Shown here in pieces: positions 36,762 to 46,926 of a stretch of 64,000 nucleotides of DNA. The translations under genes were made by a program, and so were the position numbers. The stretch is from positions 54,935 to 118,934 of IMG/VR virus record IMGVR_UViG_3300042358_000005. One strand, given 5' to 3'. Position 1 is the stretch's first letter; each line of letters starts with the position of its first letter. This stretch comes from a virus. Its lineage: Duplodnaviria; Caudoviricetes. A model generated the notes under the pieces. It saw nothing but the letters and a program-made list of their open reading frames with translations. It had not been told where the DNA came from and ran no database searches.

Positions 36762-36987
36762 TGGTGAATTGTTTTAAAAGTTCTCTCTCATCCTCAAAGA
36801 CATATCTGTATTTTATATCCTTGTACTCCTCCATAATAAAAGGATTCTGTAACTTTCTCCAGAAGTTCTTAGTATCATCAGTTTCTACAGCTAAAATAAT
36901 ATGAGCATCAGTGTATCCACAAACACGTCCTTGATACTTTGGATGTACAATTAACATGTTCTTATACTTATTAAATACTGTTTCCAT
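36727..36987 (-). CDS. Hypothetical protein
   Basis: ORF in a tightly packed operon. Confidence 0.6.
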   Translation of the reverse strand: METVFNKYKNMLIVHPKYQGRVCGYTDAHIILAVETDDTKNFWRKLQNPFIMEEYKDIKYRYVFEDERELLKQFTNALYKKVDTKD

Positions 36988-37297
36988 TCTTATCTAGGTT
37001 TAAACTTAATAATCTATTCTCTACCTCGTATTCCACTTTTAGAATGAAGTTGATCTTCTCTTCAAGTTCTTGCTCTAGAATTCTTCCTGCAAATGGCATA
37101 AGCTCTTGGAGATTTGTTCTCACTCTTGTTAATCCATGTTGTGTAGTGATTTCACTATATAGGAATCCAGGAATCTGTGTAAGGTCATTGAATATCTCAT
37201 CAACATATGCAATTACAGATGGAATCTCTAATAACATACCAGATTCATGATCTTGATAGTCTTTATATTTTTCATTAAATTCTTTTGTTGTTCTCAT
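36971..37297 (-). CDS. Hypothetical protein
   Basis: ORF in the operon. Confidence 0.6.
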   Translation of the reverse strand: MRTTKEFNEKYKDYQDHESGMLLEIPSVIAYVDEIFNDLTQIPGFLYSEITTQHGLTRVRTNLQELMPFAGRILEQELEEKINFILKVEYEVENRLLSLNLDKNGNSI

Positions 37298-37346
37298 GGT
37301 TTTATAATTTTAGGGAGACAAATATACATCATCTCCCTGGTTATTC

Positions 37347-37730
37347 CTAATTAATTTCTTCTTCTTTTAGAGATAGTTTATTCTCTAATATTTCAAATGC
37401 AGCTTCTATAGCAAATAGCTCTGACTCTTTTCTTGTCTTCCAAGAATTAGTTGTTGCTTGTCTACCAATTATAACTGTAAATTCTTTACTAGGATATAAT
37501 AAAGTTTCTATCACTATATCATTCTCATCAAATACATCAAATAGCATTCTTGGATTGGCATCTATTAGTATTGCCATTTTCTCATTTTCTAACCCTTGTT
37601 TAAGTATATAGTCTTTGAAGTCTTGATCTATTGATTCATCATTCAATGAAGTGATCATTCTTTCTAAAAACCAATCTTTCATCACCTTAGCAGCAAATGG
37701 GTATTTTTCTAAAAGAGTTATTCCTTCCAT
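37347..37730 (-). CDS. Hypothetical protein
   Basis: ORF in the operon. Confidence 0.6.
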   Translation of the reverse strand: MEGITLLEKYPFAAKVMKDWFLERMITSLNDESIDQDFKDYILKQGLENEKMAILIDANPRMLFDVFDENDIVIETLLYPSKEFTVIIGRQATTNSWKTRKESELFAIEAAFEILENKLSLKEEEIN

Positions 37731-37731
37731 A

Positions 37732-37935
37732 TTATTTTATTGTTAATTGTTTATTCAAAGCTACTCCTGCATCTAACCACCAGATTCTTTCAAAATCATA
37801 TTCAGTTAGTGGTTCTTTGTCTTTACATGCTTGATATTTGATATCATACATTAAACTGGCTAAATGACAAAACTCTGCAGCTTTATCACTTCCTACTTCT
37901 TCTATAATCGCTTCTAAGATGTCTCTATTGCACAT
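37732..37935 (-). CDS. Hypothetical protein
   Basis: ORF in the operon. Confidence 0.55.
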   Translation of the reverse strand: MCNRDILEAIIEEVGSDKAAEFCHLASLMYDIKYQACKDKEPLTEYDFERIWWLDAGVALNKQLTIK

Positions 37936-38495
37936 TGTTCTTTTATTTTATTAAGTTCTAAAATTTCTTTTTGTTCACTCCAACCTTCCCACACTTCAAA
38001 ATCTTGTCCAACTGTATCTTCAAGGTGTATTCCAAGTTTTTCTTCCCAGAAGTCTACAAGATCTTCAGCTTTGTTAAAGATTCTGTATTGTAAAGATATC
38101 TCATCCTTGTGTAGTCCATTTCTAACTATCTTTATTATTTTTGGGAATAATTTTTGAAAATCTGTAGATGTCTTAGAATATTTACCTTGTTTGATTAGTT
38201 GAAAATCCTTCTTATATTTTTCATTAAGTTGATAAACCACTACAACAAATCCATCTTCATAATCATAATCTTCTATAATTGTTTTGGTTCTTTCATATTC
38301 ATTATCTAAAAACTCTCTAAATTTATTTAGATCAGTAGGTTTAAATAACAAATATATAGAGTCTTTGTAATCATCTCCCTCTTTTCTTGCATCTTTAATA
38401 TATGCATTAATGAATCCATTTCCTCTAAGAGCATCTTTAGGTACCTTGAGGGTAGGTACCATAAAAATGCTAGTTATATTCTTTTTTATTTCCAT
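37914..38495 (-). CDS. Hypothetical protein adjacent to the exonuclease
   Basis: 193-aa ORF coupled to the nuclease gene. Confidence 0.65.
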   Translation of the reverse strand: MEIKKNITSIFMVPTLKVPKDALRGNGFINAYIKDARKEGDDYKDSIYLLFKPTDLNKFREFLDNEYERTKTIIEDYDYEDGFVVVVYQLNEKYKKDFQLIKQGKYSKTSTDFQKLFPKIIKIVRNGLHKDEISLQYRIFNKAEDLVDFWEEKLGIHLEDTVGQDFEVWEGWSEQKEILELNKIKEQCAIETS

Positions 38496-38496
38496 G

Positions 38497-39549
38497 TTAG
38501 CCTTTAATGTTTACTACTCCGTTAGATAAATAATTCTTGTGGCTTATGTTCCATGTGTTTGTAGATACACACCATTTCAATGCTGCAATCAAACTTCCTA
38601 CACCAGGATAAGTTCTTCCTTTGTGTACAAATCCGTGATATGCATCTTCCATATCATCAATATCTAATATATAGATCAATGGTTGATAGTAATTGGTGCT
38701 GTCACACACAATGAATTGTAAATAGTTTACTTGATATCCATAATAAGGACTATCTGGATTATTTGCTAGATGTATCATTGCATGAAAATACAAATAAGCT
38801 TGGATGTACGCTCTTCTGTACAAGTAATATTCTTCATAGAAGTTTTCTACAGACCATGTGCATTTAAGATCATATGGTTGAATAGTCTTTTCTTTGTGAT
38901 CTATCACCACTTTATCAAGCATAGATTTAAATGGATGTCCATCTATCTCATATCCTTCCACTTGCATCTGATCTATAATTTCATATCTAGAACTATTTAC
39001 AAGATTAACAATTGGTGCTGTTGTACTATTGATTCTAAGTTGTTCTACAATTTTCTCAGCAATAGATATCTCCATTGTATTCACTACAGTTAGATTTTGA
39101 GTTCTAACCTTCCTGATTTCATTATAATAGATTTCTGCATCACTTCCTATAAACTTACTTACAACTGCTTCATACTTAATCTTGAATCCAGAATCTCTAT
39201 ATGCAGCTTCTAACAATTCATTCATAGGTGTTTTAACTATACCAGATTCATCTGTAGCATCTCTTGTATTTCTATACAATGCTTCAACAAAATCTAACAT
39301 AAGTCCTGTTGGTGTAGATGCACAAGATGACATATAGAACTTCTCATCAAATAAATGAGGTTCCATAAGTAGGGTTTCAACTATTCTACCCATATTAGCT
39401 GCTGAGCTATCTTTATCTTCTACTTTCTCTTTGAGGAAATATTTCTTATAATACTTTTTTCTATCTTGAGAAAAATCTTTTAGGCTACTGGATGAATCCA
39501 TAAGCACTGCTCTGTATTGAGCTTCTGTTTTTGCTGTTCCTTTTATCAT
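38497..39549 (-). CDS. PD-(D/E)XK exonuclease (RecE/DUF3799-like)
   Basis: SSSSLK...GRIVE...FKSMLD...PYDLK...YIQAYLY. Confidence 0.8.
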   Translation of the reverse strand: MIKGTAKTEAQYRAVLMDSSSSLKDFSQDRKKYYKKYFLKEKVEDKDSSAANMGRIVETLLMEPHLFDEKFYMSSCASTPTGLMLDFVEALYRNTRDATDESGIVKTPMNELLEAAYRDSGFKIKYEAVVSKFIGSDAEIYYNEIRKVRTQNLTVVNTMEISIAEKIVEQLRINSTTAPIVNLVNSSRYEIIDQMQVEGYEIDGHPFKSMLDKVVIDHKEKTIQPYDLKCTWSVENFYEEYYLYRRAYIQAYLYFHAMIHLANNPDSPYYGYQVNYLQFIVCDSTNYYQPLIYILDIDDMEDAYHGFVHKGRTYPGVGSLIAALKWCVSTNTWNISHKNYLSNGVVNIKG

Positions 39550-39711
39550 ATTATTTATAGATTAATATTGCACTATATTTGTAAATCTCTTTTGGATGAG
39601 GTACATGTACTAAAGACATTGATACAACTGTCTTCACTATCTTCTTATCTATTAGTTGCTGTAACTCTTTATTTATATTGAAGAGTTTCTCATCTTCCCA
39701 TGTCCATGTAT

Positions 39712-39942
39712 TCATAATGTTTGTTTAAATGCTTCAATTATTTGTGGATACAAAGCTCGTATCTCCCTTGGTACTCTAGCAAAGAACCATCTCACCTCTA
39801 GTTCATATTCTTCTCCTCCATTATCTAATCCTTGAGGATGTATTAACCAGAAGTAATGAAACTTACCATTGTGTTCTATGTGCCCTTCATGCCACACCTC
39901 ACTAAATGCAGGTGTCTTATTGATTGTGATTGCGTTAGTCAT
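39712..39942 (-). CDS. Hypothetical protein
   Basis: 76-aa ORF. Confidence 0.55.
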   Translation of the reverse strand: MTNAITINKTPAFSEVWHEGHIEHNGKFHYFWLIHPQGLDNGGEEYELEVRWFFARVPREIRALYPQIIEAFKQTL

Positions 39943-40342
39943 TTATTGTTATTTTATTTTTTATACGATGTAATACTTCTTTATCTAATATGTCTTCCAT
40001 CCATGGTTCAATTCTTCCTCCCATGTCTATAAGAATATTAATGATGTGATCATTTGACATATCTGCCACTGATTTATATGATAAAGGGCTTCTGCCATCT
40101 TTACCTCTACCACCCCAATGTGCAGCACTTCTATTCATCATATGATCATCTGATAGATATATTGTAGAACTATTATCTACTAATGAAAGATCTTTTCCTC
40201 CATATCGTTGATAAGCTGTTCCACCATCTATCATTGTTTCATTTTCACATCCACATGTTTTATAATCATGTCTGTTATATGATGTAAGAACATCTCCACA
40301 GCTTTTACACTGTACCCTATTCAGTATTATTTGTTTTTCCAT
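39935..40342 (-). CDS. Zinc-ribbon phage protein
   Basis: NRVQCKSCGD..S...HDY..CGC....IDGG. Confidence 0.65.
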   Translation of the reverse strand: MEKQIILNRVQCKSCGDVLTSYNRHDYKTCGCENETMIDGGTAYQRYGGKDLSLVDNSSTIYLSDDHMMNRSAAHWGGRGKDGRSPLSYKSVADMSNDHIINILIDMGGRIEPWMEDILDKEVLHRIKNKITIND

Positions 40343-40462
40343 TTATCATTCTTTTTAAATGTTTATACATTCTATTTCCAAAACAATAAGGACATGGTCC
40401 ATTGTTTCTACATTGATGACTAACAGCTTTAGCTCCTGTCTTCTTCTGTTTTATTGTTCTGC

Positions 40463-40885
40463 TCATCGATCACATTCTACTTGTGCCTCAGGAAATTCCT
40501 TTAATGTCTTAAGGTATTCTTCTATCCAAGGTACAAAGTTATGATACATTCCCCAACCATTTGGGCTGTTAAACTTCTCATAATGTTTTGGTCTAGCCTT
40601 CATATCTTTGAGTCCTTTTTCGATTATTTCGATTATTTCATTTGCTTTTACTGGATTAGCTTCTTCAAATGCATATTCTGCATCATAATCATCTTCAGGA
40701 ATGTTATATCCTTCTTTTAATTGATAAGGTCTCCACAGTGCTTCATATATTCCTGCTTCTGCTGCCATCTCTCCAAGATTATGTGTAATGTTTGCACTAT
40801 ACACTTCTTCTTGTTTTGGTTCTAATGTTTCACCACCATCATAACTTACATGATAGTTTCTATATAATGTTACATCTAAGCTCAT
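40463..40885 (-). CDS. Hypothetical phage protein
   Basis: MSLDV...NITHNL..MA...PNGWG. Confidence 0.65.
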   Translation of the reverse strand: MSLDVTLYRNYHVSYDGGETLEPKQEEVYSANITHNLGEMAAEAGIYEALWRPYQLKEGYNIPEDDYDAEYAFEEANPVKANEIIEIIEKGLKDMKARPKHYEKFNSPNGWGMYHNFVPWIEEYLKTLKEFPEAQVECDR

Positions 40886-41042
40886 GATTAATATAATTTA
40901 ATCCTAAAGCCCCATCTTGATGAAGCCATATATTGTTCAAAATAATAATCTTGCCAGTAATATACCATTTTACCTGCTACTTTATCATAGAATGGTGTTC
41001 TTGTTAATTTGACCATAGTCCATCTACTTATAAGATTTTTTA

Positions 41043-41429
41043 TCATAGTTTCTTTTTAGATTGTTTTTCTTTTAATGTTTTCTTATCATGACATGTAGTA
41101 CATAACACCTGAAGGTTATCTTGTTCACAGAACAATCTCTCCACAAATCCTGGTAGGTCTTGTGCAGAATTAAGACTTCCTGCTGGGCAAATATGATCTA
41201 CATTGATATTCTTTTCAGTAGTCCAAGTTTTGCACTTCTTACATTGGTATTCGTATTTTTGTCTTCTACTAACACCTTTGTAATCTCTACGTGCATTTAG
41301 TTTACACACTGATATAGGCTTCCACCATCTACTCTTCTGTCTCAAAGCACTTCTTATGAAGCTCCAGAAGGCTGCCTCACTCATTGTACCACTACATCTT
41401 GTCTTTGGGACTAACACTCTCTTTGCCAT
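41043..41429 (-). CDS. HNH endonuclease
   Basis: YQCKKC...VDHICP...NLQVLCTTCHDKK. Confidence 0.85.
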   Translation of the reverse strand: MAKRVLVPKTRCSGTMSEAAFWSFIRSALRQKSRWWKPISVCKLNARRDYKGVSRRQKYEYQCKKCKTWTTEKNINVDHICPAGSLNSAQDLPGFVERLFCEQDNLQVLCTTCHDKKTLKEKQSKKKL

Positions 41430-41491
41430 ACGTTTATAATTAAGTTATGTCGCAAATATAGGAAATACTTGCGACAAAACTATATTAATTA

Positions 41492-43006
41492 TTACTTAAT
41501 TGTAACTACACGATCAACAATTTTAGCTTTCATATCATTAAGATTGCTAACAATTGTGTTAATCTCTGAAGCTGAAATAGCTGGCATGTTGAATTCATAC
41601 TTCTTAGACTCAGTAGCAAATCCTTCTTTAGCTTTCTCTGCAAGAGATTCTAATTCACGAATAGCATAGTCTTCATCTAATTGTAATGTATCAAACATTC
41701 CATCATGTAAGATTCTTGTAGCTTCTTCTCTTGGAACAGTCATAATTGGAAGATATTCATAACATCTACCCTTATGTTGACCAATACCAACCACCTTCAT
41801 AGGATTGATAAGAACAATAACAGATTGATCTCCACAACCTACATAGTGAATCTGATCAGCAGTGAAGTGTAATCCTGCAGCAGCACAATCTTGTGTACTC
41901 CAGTTACATTTCTCCATAGGCATGCTAGTCACTTGTCCAATTCTAATGTCAAATGTTTTGGTCCAATCATCAGTGAATCTATTCTCTTCTCTATTAGGAA
42001 GATCTAAATACAATTCTGTTAATCCACCAATTTTTTGACCATGGTCTACAGGAACTTCTACAGTGTATTCATATTCCTCTACTTCTCCTGATCCACCACA
42101 TACATCACAATCTTCCCATTCATCTTCCCAATCATACCAACCGCCTGCACCATTACACTCTTCACAATCATTAGATGTATGAGTTTCAGTTGTTGTAAGA
42201 GCAGAATCATGTACAAGTTTGTACTCTCCATCTTGTAAGAAAATAGTGTAGTTGTCTGGATTCTTCTTCCATACAGCTTTCACTTTGTTATATGCATTAC
42301 TAATGAAATGTACAAGCTCTGGTGATCCATGTAATGTTACAACATTTCTCAATGCTACAACAAATCCTTGTTTAGTGATTCTAAAGCTATTCTCATTCAA
42401 GAATCTGTATAGCTCATGTGCCACTTCAGCTCTTGGGTTTAAACAACACCACATGAAGAAGTTCTTCAATGCTACATAGGTATCATTTTGATTTAAATAT
42501 TCCTGAAATGGAACATCAGATGGTTCATTAGCTGCTATATCTACCACTTCAATAAACTTCTCAACTAACAATTGAGGAAGACTTCTAGATGTACCAGTTA
42601 GGTAAACTGTTGTGCCCTCTACAGTAAAATCAGGAAGAACAGAAAGTGATTCTATTCCCTGTTGTAAAGCTTTAATTCTAGCTGCTTCAGCTTCTATTGC
42701 TTTTTGATCAGCTACCACTTGATGAGAAGCCATTACAGCAAGAATCTCATATTCATCTCTTGCATGAAGTATAGCATAATAATCTTCTTCTGTAGCAGAA
42801 GGCTTACTTAATACAGATCCATCAGTTAACACTACAGTTAATGTGTCATTTACCAGTTTAATACCAATATATGGTTTTTCATATATCTTCTGTTCTTTAA
42901 CAGCTGGCTCTTCTATAAGATTCTCTATCTTATTAGCAATCACTCTGTCTATTGAATTCTCTACTCTGTTCTTGAACCAGTCAAGACTTAAAAATTTGTG
43001 TTCCAT
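41492..43006 (-). CDS. rIIB: rIIB-like protein with an inserted CxxCxGxG zinc finger
   Basis: NP.......LYRFL...IT..G...CAAAGLH...INPMKVV...KGRCYEY; directly downstream of rIIA. Confidence 0.7.
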   Translation of the reverse strand: MEHKFLSLDWFKNRVENSIDRVIANKIENLIEEPAVKEQKIYEKPYIGIKLVNDTLTVVLTDGSVLSKPSATEEDYYAILHARDEYEILAVMASHQVVADQKAIEAEAARIKALQQGIESLSVLPDFTVEGTTVYLTGTSRSLPQLLVEKFIEVVDIAANEPSDVPFQEYLNQNDTYVALKNFFMWCCLNPRAEVAHELYRFLNENSFRITKQGFVVALRNVVTLHGSPELVHFISNAYNKVKAVWKKNPDNYTIFLQDGEYKLVHDSALTTTETHTSNDCEECNGAGGWYDWEDEWEDCDVCGGSGEVEEYEYTVEVPVDHGQKIGGLTELYLDLPNREENRFTDDWTKTFDIRIGQVTSMPMEKCNWSTQDCAAAGLHFTADQIHYVGCGDQSVIVLINPMKVVGIGQHKGRCYEYLPIMTVPREEATRILHDGMFDTLQLDEDYAIRELESLAEKAKEGFATESKKYEFNMPAISASEINTIVSNLNDMKAKIVDRVVTIK

Positions 43007-43039
43007 TTTTATTTATTTAATTAATTGTTACTTGTTAAA

Positions 43040-43061
43040 GAGAGGGACACGAATGTCCCTC
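43040..43061 (-). terminator. Intergenic hairpin (terminator/processing site) between rIIA and rIIB
   Basis: AGAGGGACA-CGAA-TGTCCCTCT. Confidence 0.55.
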
Positions 43062-43068
43062 TGTTAAA

Positions 43069-45366
43069 TTATGCTAATTGCTCTATTGTTTCTTCTGTAA
43101 GTACTTCATCGTTAATTCTGATGTTATAGTGCTTTAAATCCACTCTATGCTTGTAATATTTGAATAAATCAATCATCACATTGATCATTGGATCTTCAGA
43201 ACTAGTGTAACCCAATCTTCCACATACAGGATTCAAGAATGTAAGCTTTTCAAATATAGCTAACATCTCTAAATACTCTGCATGAATCTGTGGATCAAAC
43301 AATCTGTGTTCTAATGCCACTTCTAACATTGCTTTTCTTAACTCAGTATTTGTCTCCACATAGTTTGTTGTTCTATATGTAGATAATCTCTGAAGCTTAT
43401 CAGCTAAATCAGAAGATACATGTCTTACAGCATCGATCTTGTCAAATGTGCTTCTATAAAGACAAATCATCTCATTGATCAGTATTGATGTGATTATTCT
43501 CTTGAATGGTGCTGTTTTCCCCTCCATAAATTTCTCGTATGATATTAAATTGTGTATGTCTAATTGCTCAACCACTTTAAGTTCTCTATCAGAAAATGTA
43601 ATCACTTCCATCTTCTGTTTTTGCATTATTCCATATAAAGGATCAAGTTTTAAGAAGTCTTCATGCTTAGCATAAACTTTTAATCCTTTACCCTTATGAA
43701 GATCTTCTAACTTATAGATTTGAGAATCAAACTTACACTTTCTTCCATCATTCCATCTAGATAGGTCAACACCTTTCTTACATATCACTTCTCCTTGAAG
43801 CTTCAGTCTCTTAGTACTAGCTAGGCCAGCTTTAGCCACCTTTGCTTTCTTCTTACTATCAATGAATGCTTGAGGAACTTCAAGAGCATCAAGATCATTG
43901 AAGTTTTCTTCAATCATAGACATAATGTATTGATACTCTTTAATAGCATCTCTCCATTTAGATTTTGGAAGATTCTTAAGATTTAGTAAATGATAGTAAG
44001 TCTTAAGATCAAACTTAGAAGGAATTCCTAATGTCATAGGTTTTGCTCTCTTCACCATAAAGTTATAATCACTCTCTTTACATGTAGCTCTCAAATAATC
44101 CTTCTTGATTTGAGGAATTCTATCATTATACACCCACACATTAGCTTGTCCATTACATACACTTTCTAAGTTATATCCATAAACATAATGCTTGTCTACA
44201 TCCTGCATTCTCTTATATCTCAAAGCGAATTTATTAGGAAATGCATCTACAAGAATGTTCTGCTTGTATGTTTTATACAAAGAAGGAAAGTTTATTATTT
44301 TTACTCCTTCTATTTCTGGTATAATTGGTTTAACAGTGGCATATTTAATGAATTCATCAATTTTACGTCTGGTTCCTCCAGACATTTCAATGAAGTGACC
44401 ATTCTTTTCAAGATGATTGATAATAGATTTGATATCATTACCATCAGTTAAAGCTTTGTTATAAGTCTCAACATAATAGTCTGCCACTTGACTAAGCTTT
44501 TTCATAATGATAACCTTGGCCTCCTGTGTATATCTCAATGATTCTCTATTTGGTGTTGGATATAATCCATCACTCAATGAAAATCTAAGACCTATAGGAA
44601 AACTAATTCTATCAATAGCAAGTTTCTCAAAGTCTAAAGGATAATACACATTGTCTAAACATATGTGTAAGTTTTGATCTGTAGACAATTCAGAGAACTG
44701 AAAATGTGGATGTCTACTAATAACAAAATCATTACTGATAGATTTATCTTCTGGTACATCAAAGTATACACTTTCAAAATAACAAAGTTGTTCTTTGATT
44801 TTCTTCTTGAACTGCCATACATCATTATACTTAACAGGAATAATGATTTTTACACCATTAGCCTCTGTTGTTTCTTTCTCATATAAAAGATCGATAGTGT
44901 TAGTATCTTCTCCTTCATACATCATGTACTTACGTTCCATTCCATCTTTTCTACATACAAAATAGAAACTAGAGCTATAGGCAAGAGGAGCTTTGAAACC
45001 AAGGCCCATCATTCCTAACTCTGTTGTAGATTCTCTCTTGGTAGACTTACCATACTTACTAATAATGTTACGTACATCATCAGCATCTAGGCCTATACCA
45101 AAATCTTCTACACAGAACTCATAGTTGTTTGCTGCAGATGCTTTCAATGAAACTACAATTGGTGTGTCCACACCAGCTCTTCTATGGCTATCTAATGCAT
45201 TACTTGCACATTCTCTGATAGCAGAGCCTATATCATCAGAATATAAATTCTTACTTAACATCTGCATCAATATCTGAGCAGAATCTAAGTCTAGGGACAT
45301 TCCAATTGACTCTTGTGTTTGTCCTTCTGTTAGGACGTGTGCTTCTGTCTGTTTTTCTAATATCAT
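43069..45366 (-). CDS. rIIA: rIIA-like protein (GHKL ATPase N-terminus)
   Basis: LYSD....IRE..SNALDSH, EDFGIGL, YGKSTK, GMMGLGFKAP.AY, TPNRESL; start reassigned to MILEK. Confidence 0.85.
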   Translation of the reverse strand: MILEKQTEAHVLTEGQTQESIGMSLDLDSAQILMQMLSKNLYSDDIGSAIRECASNALDSHRRAGVDTPIVVSLKASAANNYEFCVEDFGIGLDADDVRNIISKYGKSTKRESTTELGMMGLGFKAPLAYSSSFYFVCRKDGMERKYMMYEGEDTNTIDLLYEKETTEANGVKIIIPVKYNDVWQFKKKIKEQLCYFESVYFDVPEDKSISNDFVISRHPHFQFSELSTDQNLHICLDNVYYPLDFEKLAIDRISFPIGLRFSLSDGLYPTPNRESLRYTQEAKVIIMKKLSQVADYYVETYNKALTDGNDIKSIINHLEKNGHFIEMSGGTRRKIDEFIKYATVKPIIPEIEGVKIINFPSLYKTYKQNILVDAFPNKFALRYKRMQDVDKHYVYGYNLESVCNGQANVWVYNDRIPQIKKDYLRATCKESDYNFMVKRAKPMTLGIPSKFDLKTYYHLLNLKNLPKSKWRDAIKEYQYIMSMIEENFNDLDALEVPQAFIDSKKKAKVAKAGLASTKRLKLQGEVICKKGVDLSRWNDGRKCKFDSQIYKLEDLHKGKGLKVYAKHEDFLKLDPLYGIMQKQKMEVITFSDRELKVVEQLDIHNLISYEKFMEGKTAPFKRIITSILINEMICLYRSTFDKIDAVRHVSSDLADKLQRLSTYRTTNYVETNTELRKAMLEVALEHRLFDPQIHAEYLEMLAIFEKLTFLNPVCGRLGYTSSEDPMINVMIDLFKYYKHRVDLKHYNIRINDEVLTEETIEQLA

Positions 45367-45377
45367 TTTTTCTAGTT

Positions 45378-45635
45378 TTAAATTGCTGTTCTTTTTATCA
45401 ACCAAAGACCTCTATAATTAAGATCTAGGTATATTGTTCTTATCACTGCATTGTCATTTAAATCATATGTATTTAAGACTTCCACTTTAGTACTACTAAA
45501 ATGTCCACCCCAACTTCTATTCTTAGCTGCAACAAGAGGTCTTATAATTCTTATTCTTCTAAGATCACTACCACATCCATAAATAACTTCATCACCTACA
45601 AGTAGGTTGTCAACTTTAATAATTTGATTTTCCAT
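45378..45635 (-). CDS. Hypothetical protein
   Basis: 85-aa ORF. Confidence 0.55.
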   Translation of the reverse strand: MENQIIKVDNLLVGDEVIYGCGSDLRRIRIIRPLVAAKNRSWGGHFSSTKVEVLNTYDLNDNAVIRTIYLDLNYRGLWLIKRTAI

Positions 45636-45647
45636 AATTTTAATTGT

Positions 45648-46367
45648 TTAAAAGGGCACGTCAACATCTATCCATTGAACGCTAAACCCATTGTTTTCTT
45701 CTAATAATCTATTCACCTTTACAAATACACCTTCTGTATCCCATTCTGCTCCTTTATAAGCTGCAGATGCTGGATGACTAAGCTCAAATACATGAGCAAA
45801 TATACCTGTGTATTTTTTATACTTAGCTGCATCTTTACCTAAGAAGATAAATGGAACACCAAGATCATTAAGCACCTCTTCAAAGAGATATTTAATAAAT
45901 GGTTCCCATATATCCATATGAGATCCTGCTTTGTTAATCTCTACAGTTAGAGATGCATTCAACATTAACACTCCTTGGTGTGCTAGATAACTTACATCTG
46001 GATGTTTTATTATACTTAGATTCAATCCATCATAAAACTCTCTTTCAATAGCTCCATAATATTGATCTAGTGAAGGTTGTAATTGTTCTGTAATAGAACA
46101 TCCCATAAGTAATCCATCTGCAACAGGAGCATCATTCTTAAGTGTGTGATATGGGGCCATGCCCACCATCACTGCTTTTAGTTCACTCAATGGTGTCTCA
46201 AAGAAACATCTCCAAACATGCATAGATAAAGGAGCAACTCTTTTGCCTCTCTTACTCTCTGCTTTTAGATATGCATATATCTTATCACACTCTTCACTCT
46301 CAATAAATGGCTTAAGCTTAGCATGCCAAGATGGGTGAAACTGATGTTTAAAATTTTGCCAATTCAT
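45648..46367 (-). CDS. ung: Uracil-DNA glycosylase (family 1)
   Basis: VGMAPYH, ADGL, QGVLMLNASLT, GSH, SHPAS. Confidence 0.9.
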   Translation of the reverse strand: MNWQNFKHQFHPSWHAKLKPFIESEECDKIYAYLKAESKRGKRVAPLSMHVWRCFFETPLSELKAVMVGMAPYHTLKNDAPVADGLLMGCSITEQLQPSLDQYYGAIEREFYDGLNLSIIKHPDVSYLAHQGVLMLNASLTVEINKAGSHMDIWEPFIKYLFEEVLNDLGVPFIFLGKDAAKYKKYTGIFAHVFELSHPASAAYKGAEWDTEGVFVKVNRLLEENNGFSVQWIDVDVPF

Positions 46368-46530
46368 AATGTTAATGATATTTTTCTGTGAAAGAATCTT
46401 GTAAGAATAGCTTCTAAGTTCTCTACACTGATTACTTCTAATTCTTGATTACGTGTTGTGGTTAACCATTCAACATTTTCCATAATCTCTTCTTCTAGTG
46501 TCTCTAATTCTTTGTCTGAACATCTCATAA

Positions 46531-46926
46531 TTAATAGTCTAAAATTCCTGAATCTCTAATTGCTTCATAAAGCTCTTCTTTCTGTGCTGGGAACAATGCT
46601 GTTGTGTCTATAAAATCTTTCAACCATTTCTTTCTTGTAGAAATGTCTAAAATATTTGCACCACTCAATGCTTTTTCCACTCTTCCAGATAGCTCTGCTA
46701 TCACTGTAGCCCCTTTCTTAAAATGCTCTTCCTCATCTTCATGTCTCACAGCAATTAATTTATTAGTATAAGCTTCAATGTGTGGAAGTGTTGATCTAAG
46801 AGATTGTTTAGCTCTTTGTGTAAACAAACCATTCTGATCCATTGTCTCAAACCTCTCTAGTAGTGTAACAGAGAGCACTAAGCTCTCTATCACTACATCA
46901 CTAAGTTGTTCTGATGTTAATTTCAT
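46531..46926 (-). CDS. Hypothetical protein
   Basis: 131-aa ORF. Confidence 0.6.
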   Translation of the reverse strand: MKLTSEQLSDVVIESLVLSVTLLERFETMDQNGLFTQRAKQSLRSTLPHIEAYTNKLIAVRHEDEEEHFKKGATVIAELSGRVEKALSGANILDISTRKKWLKDFIDTTALFPAQKEELYEAIRDSGILDY

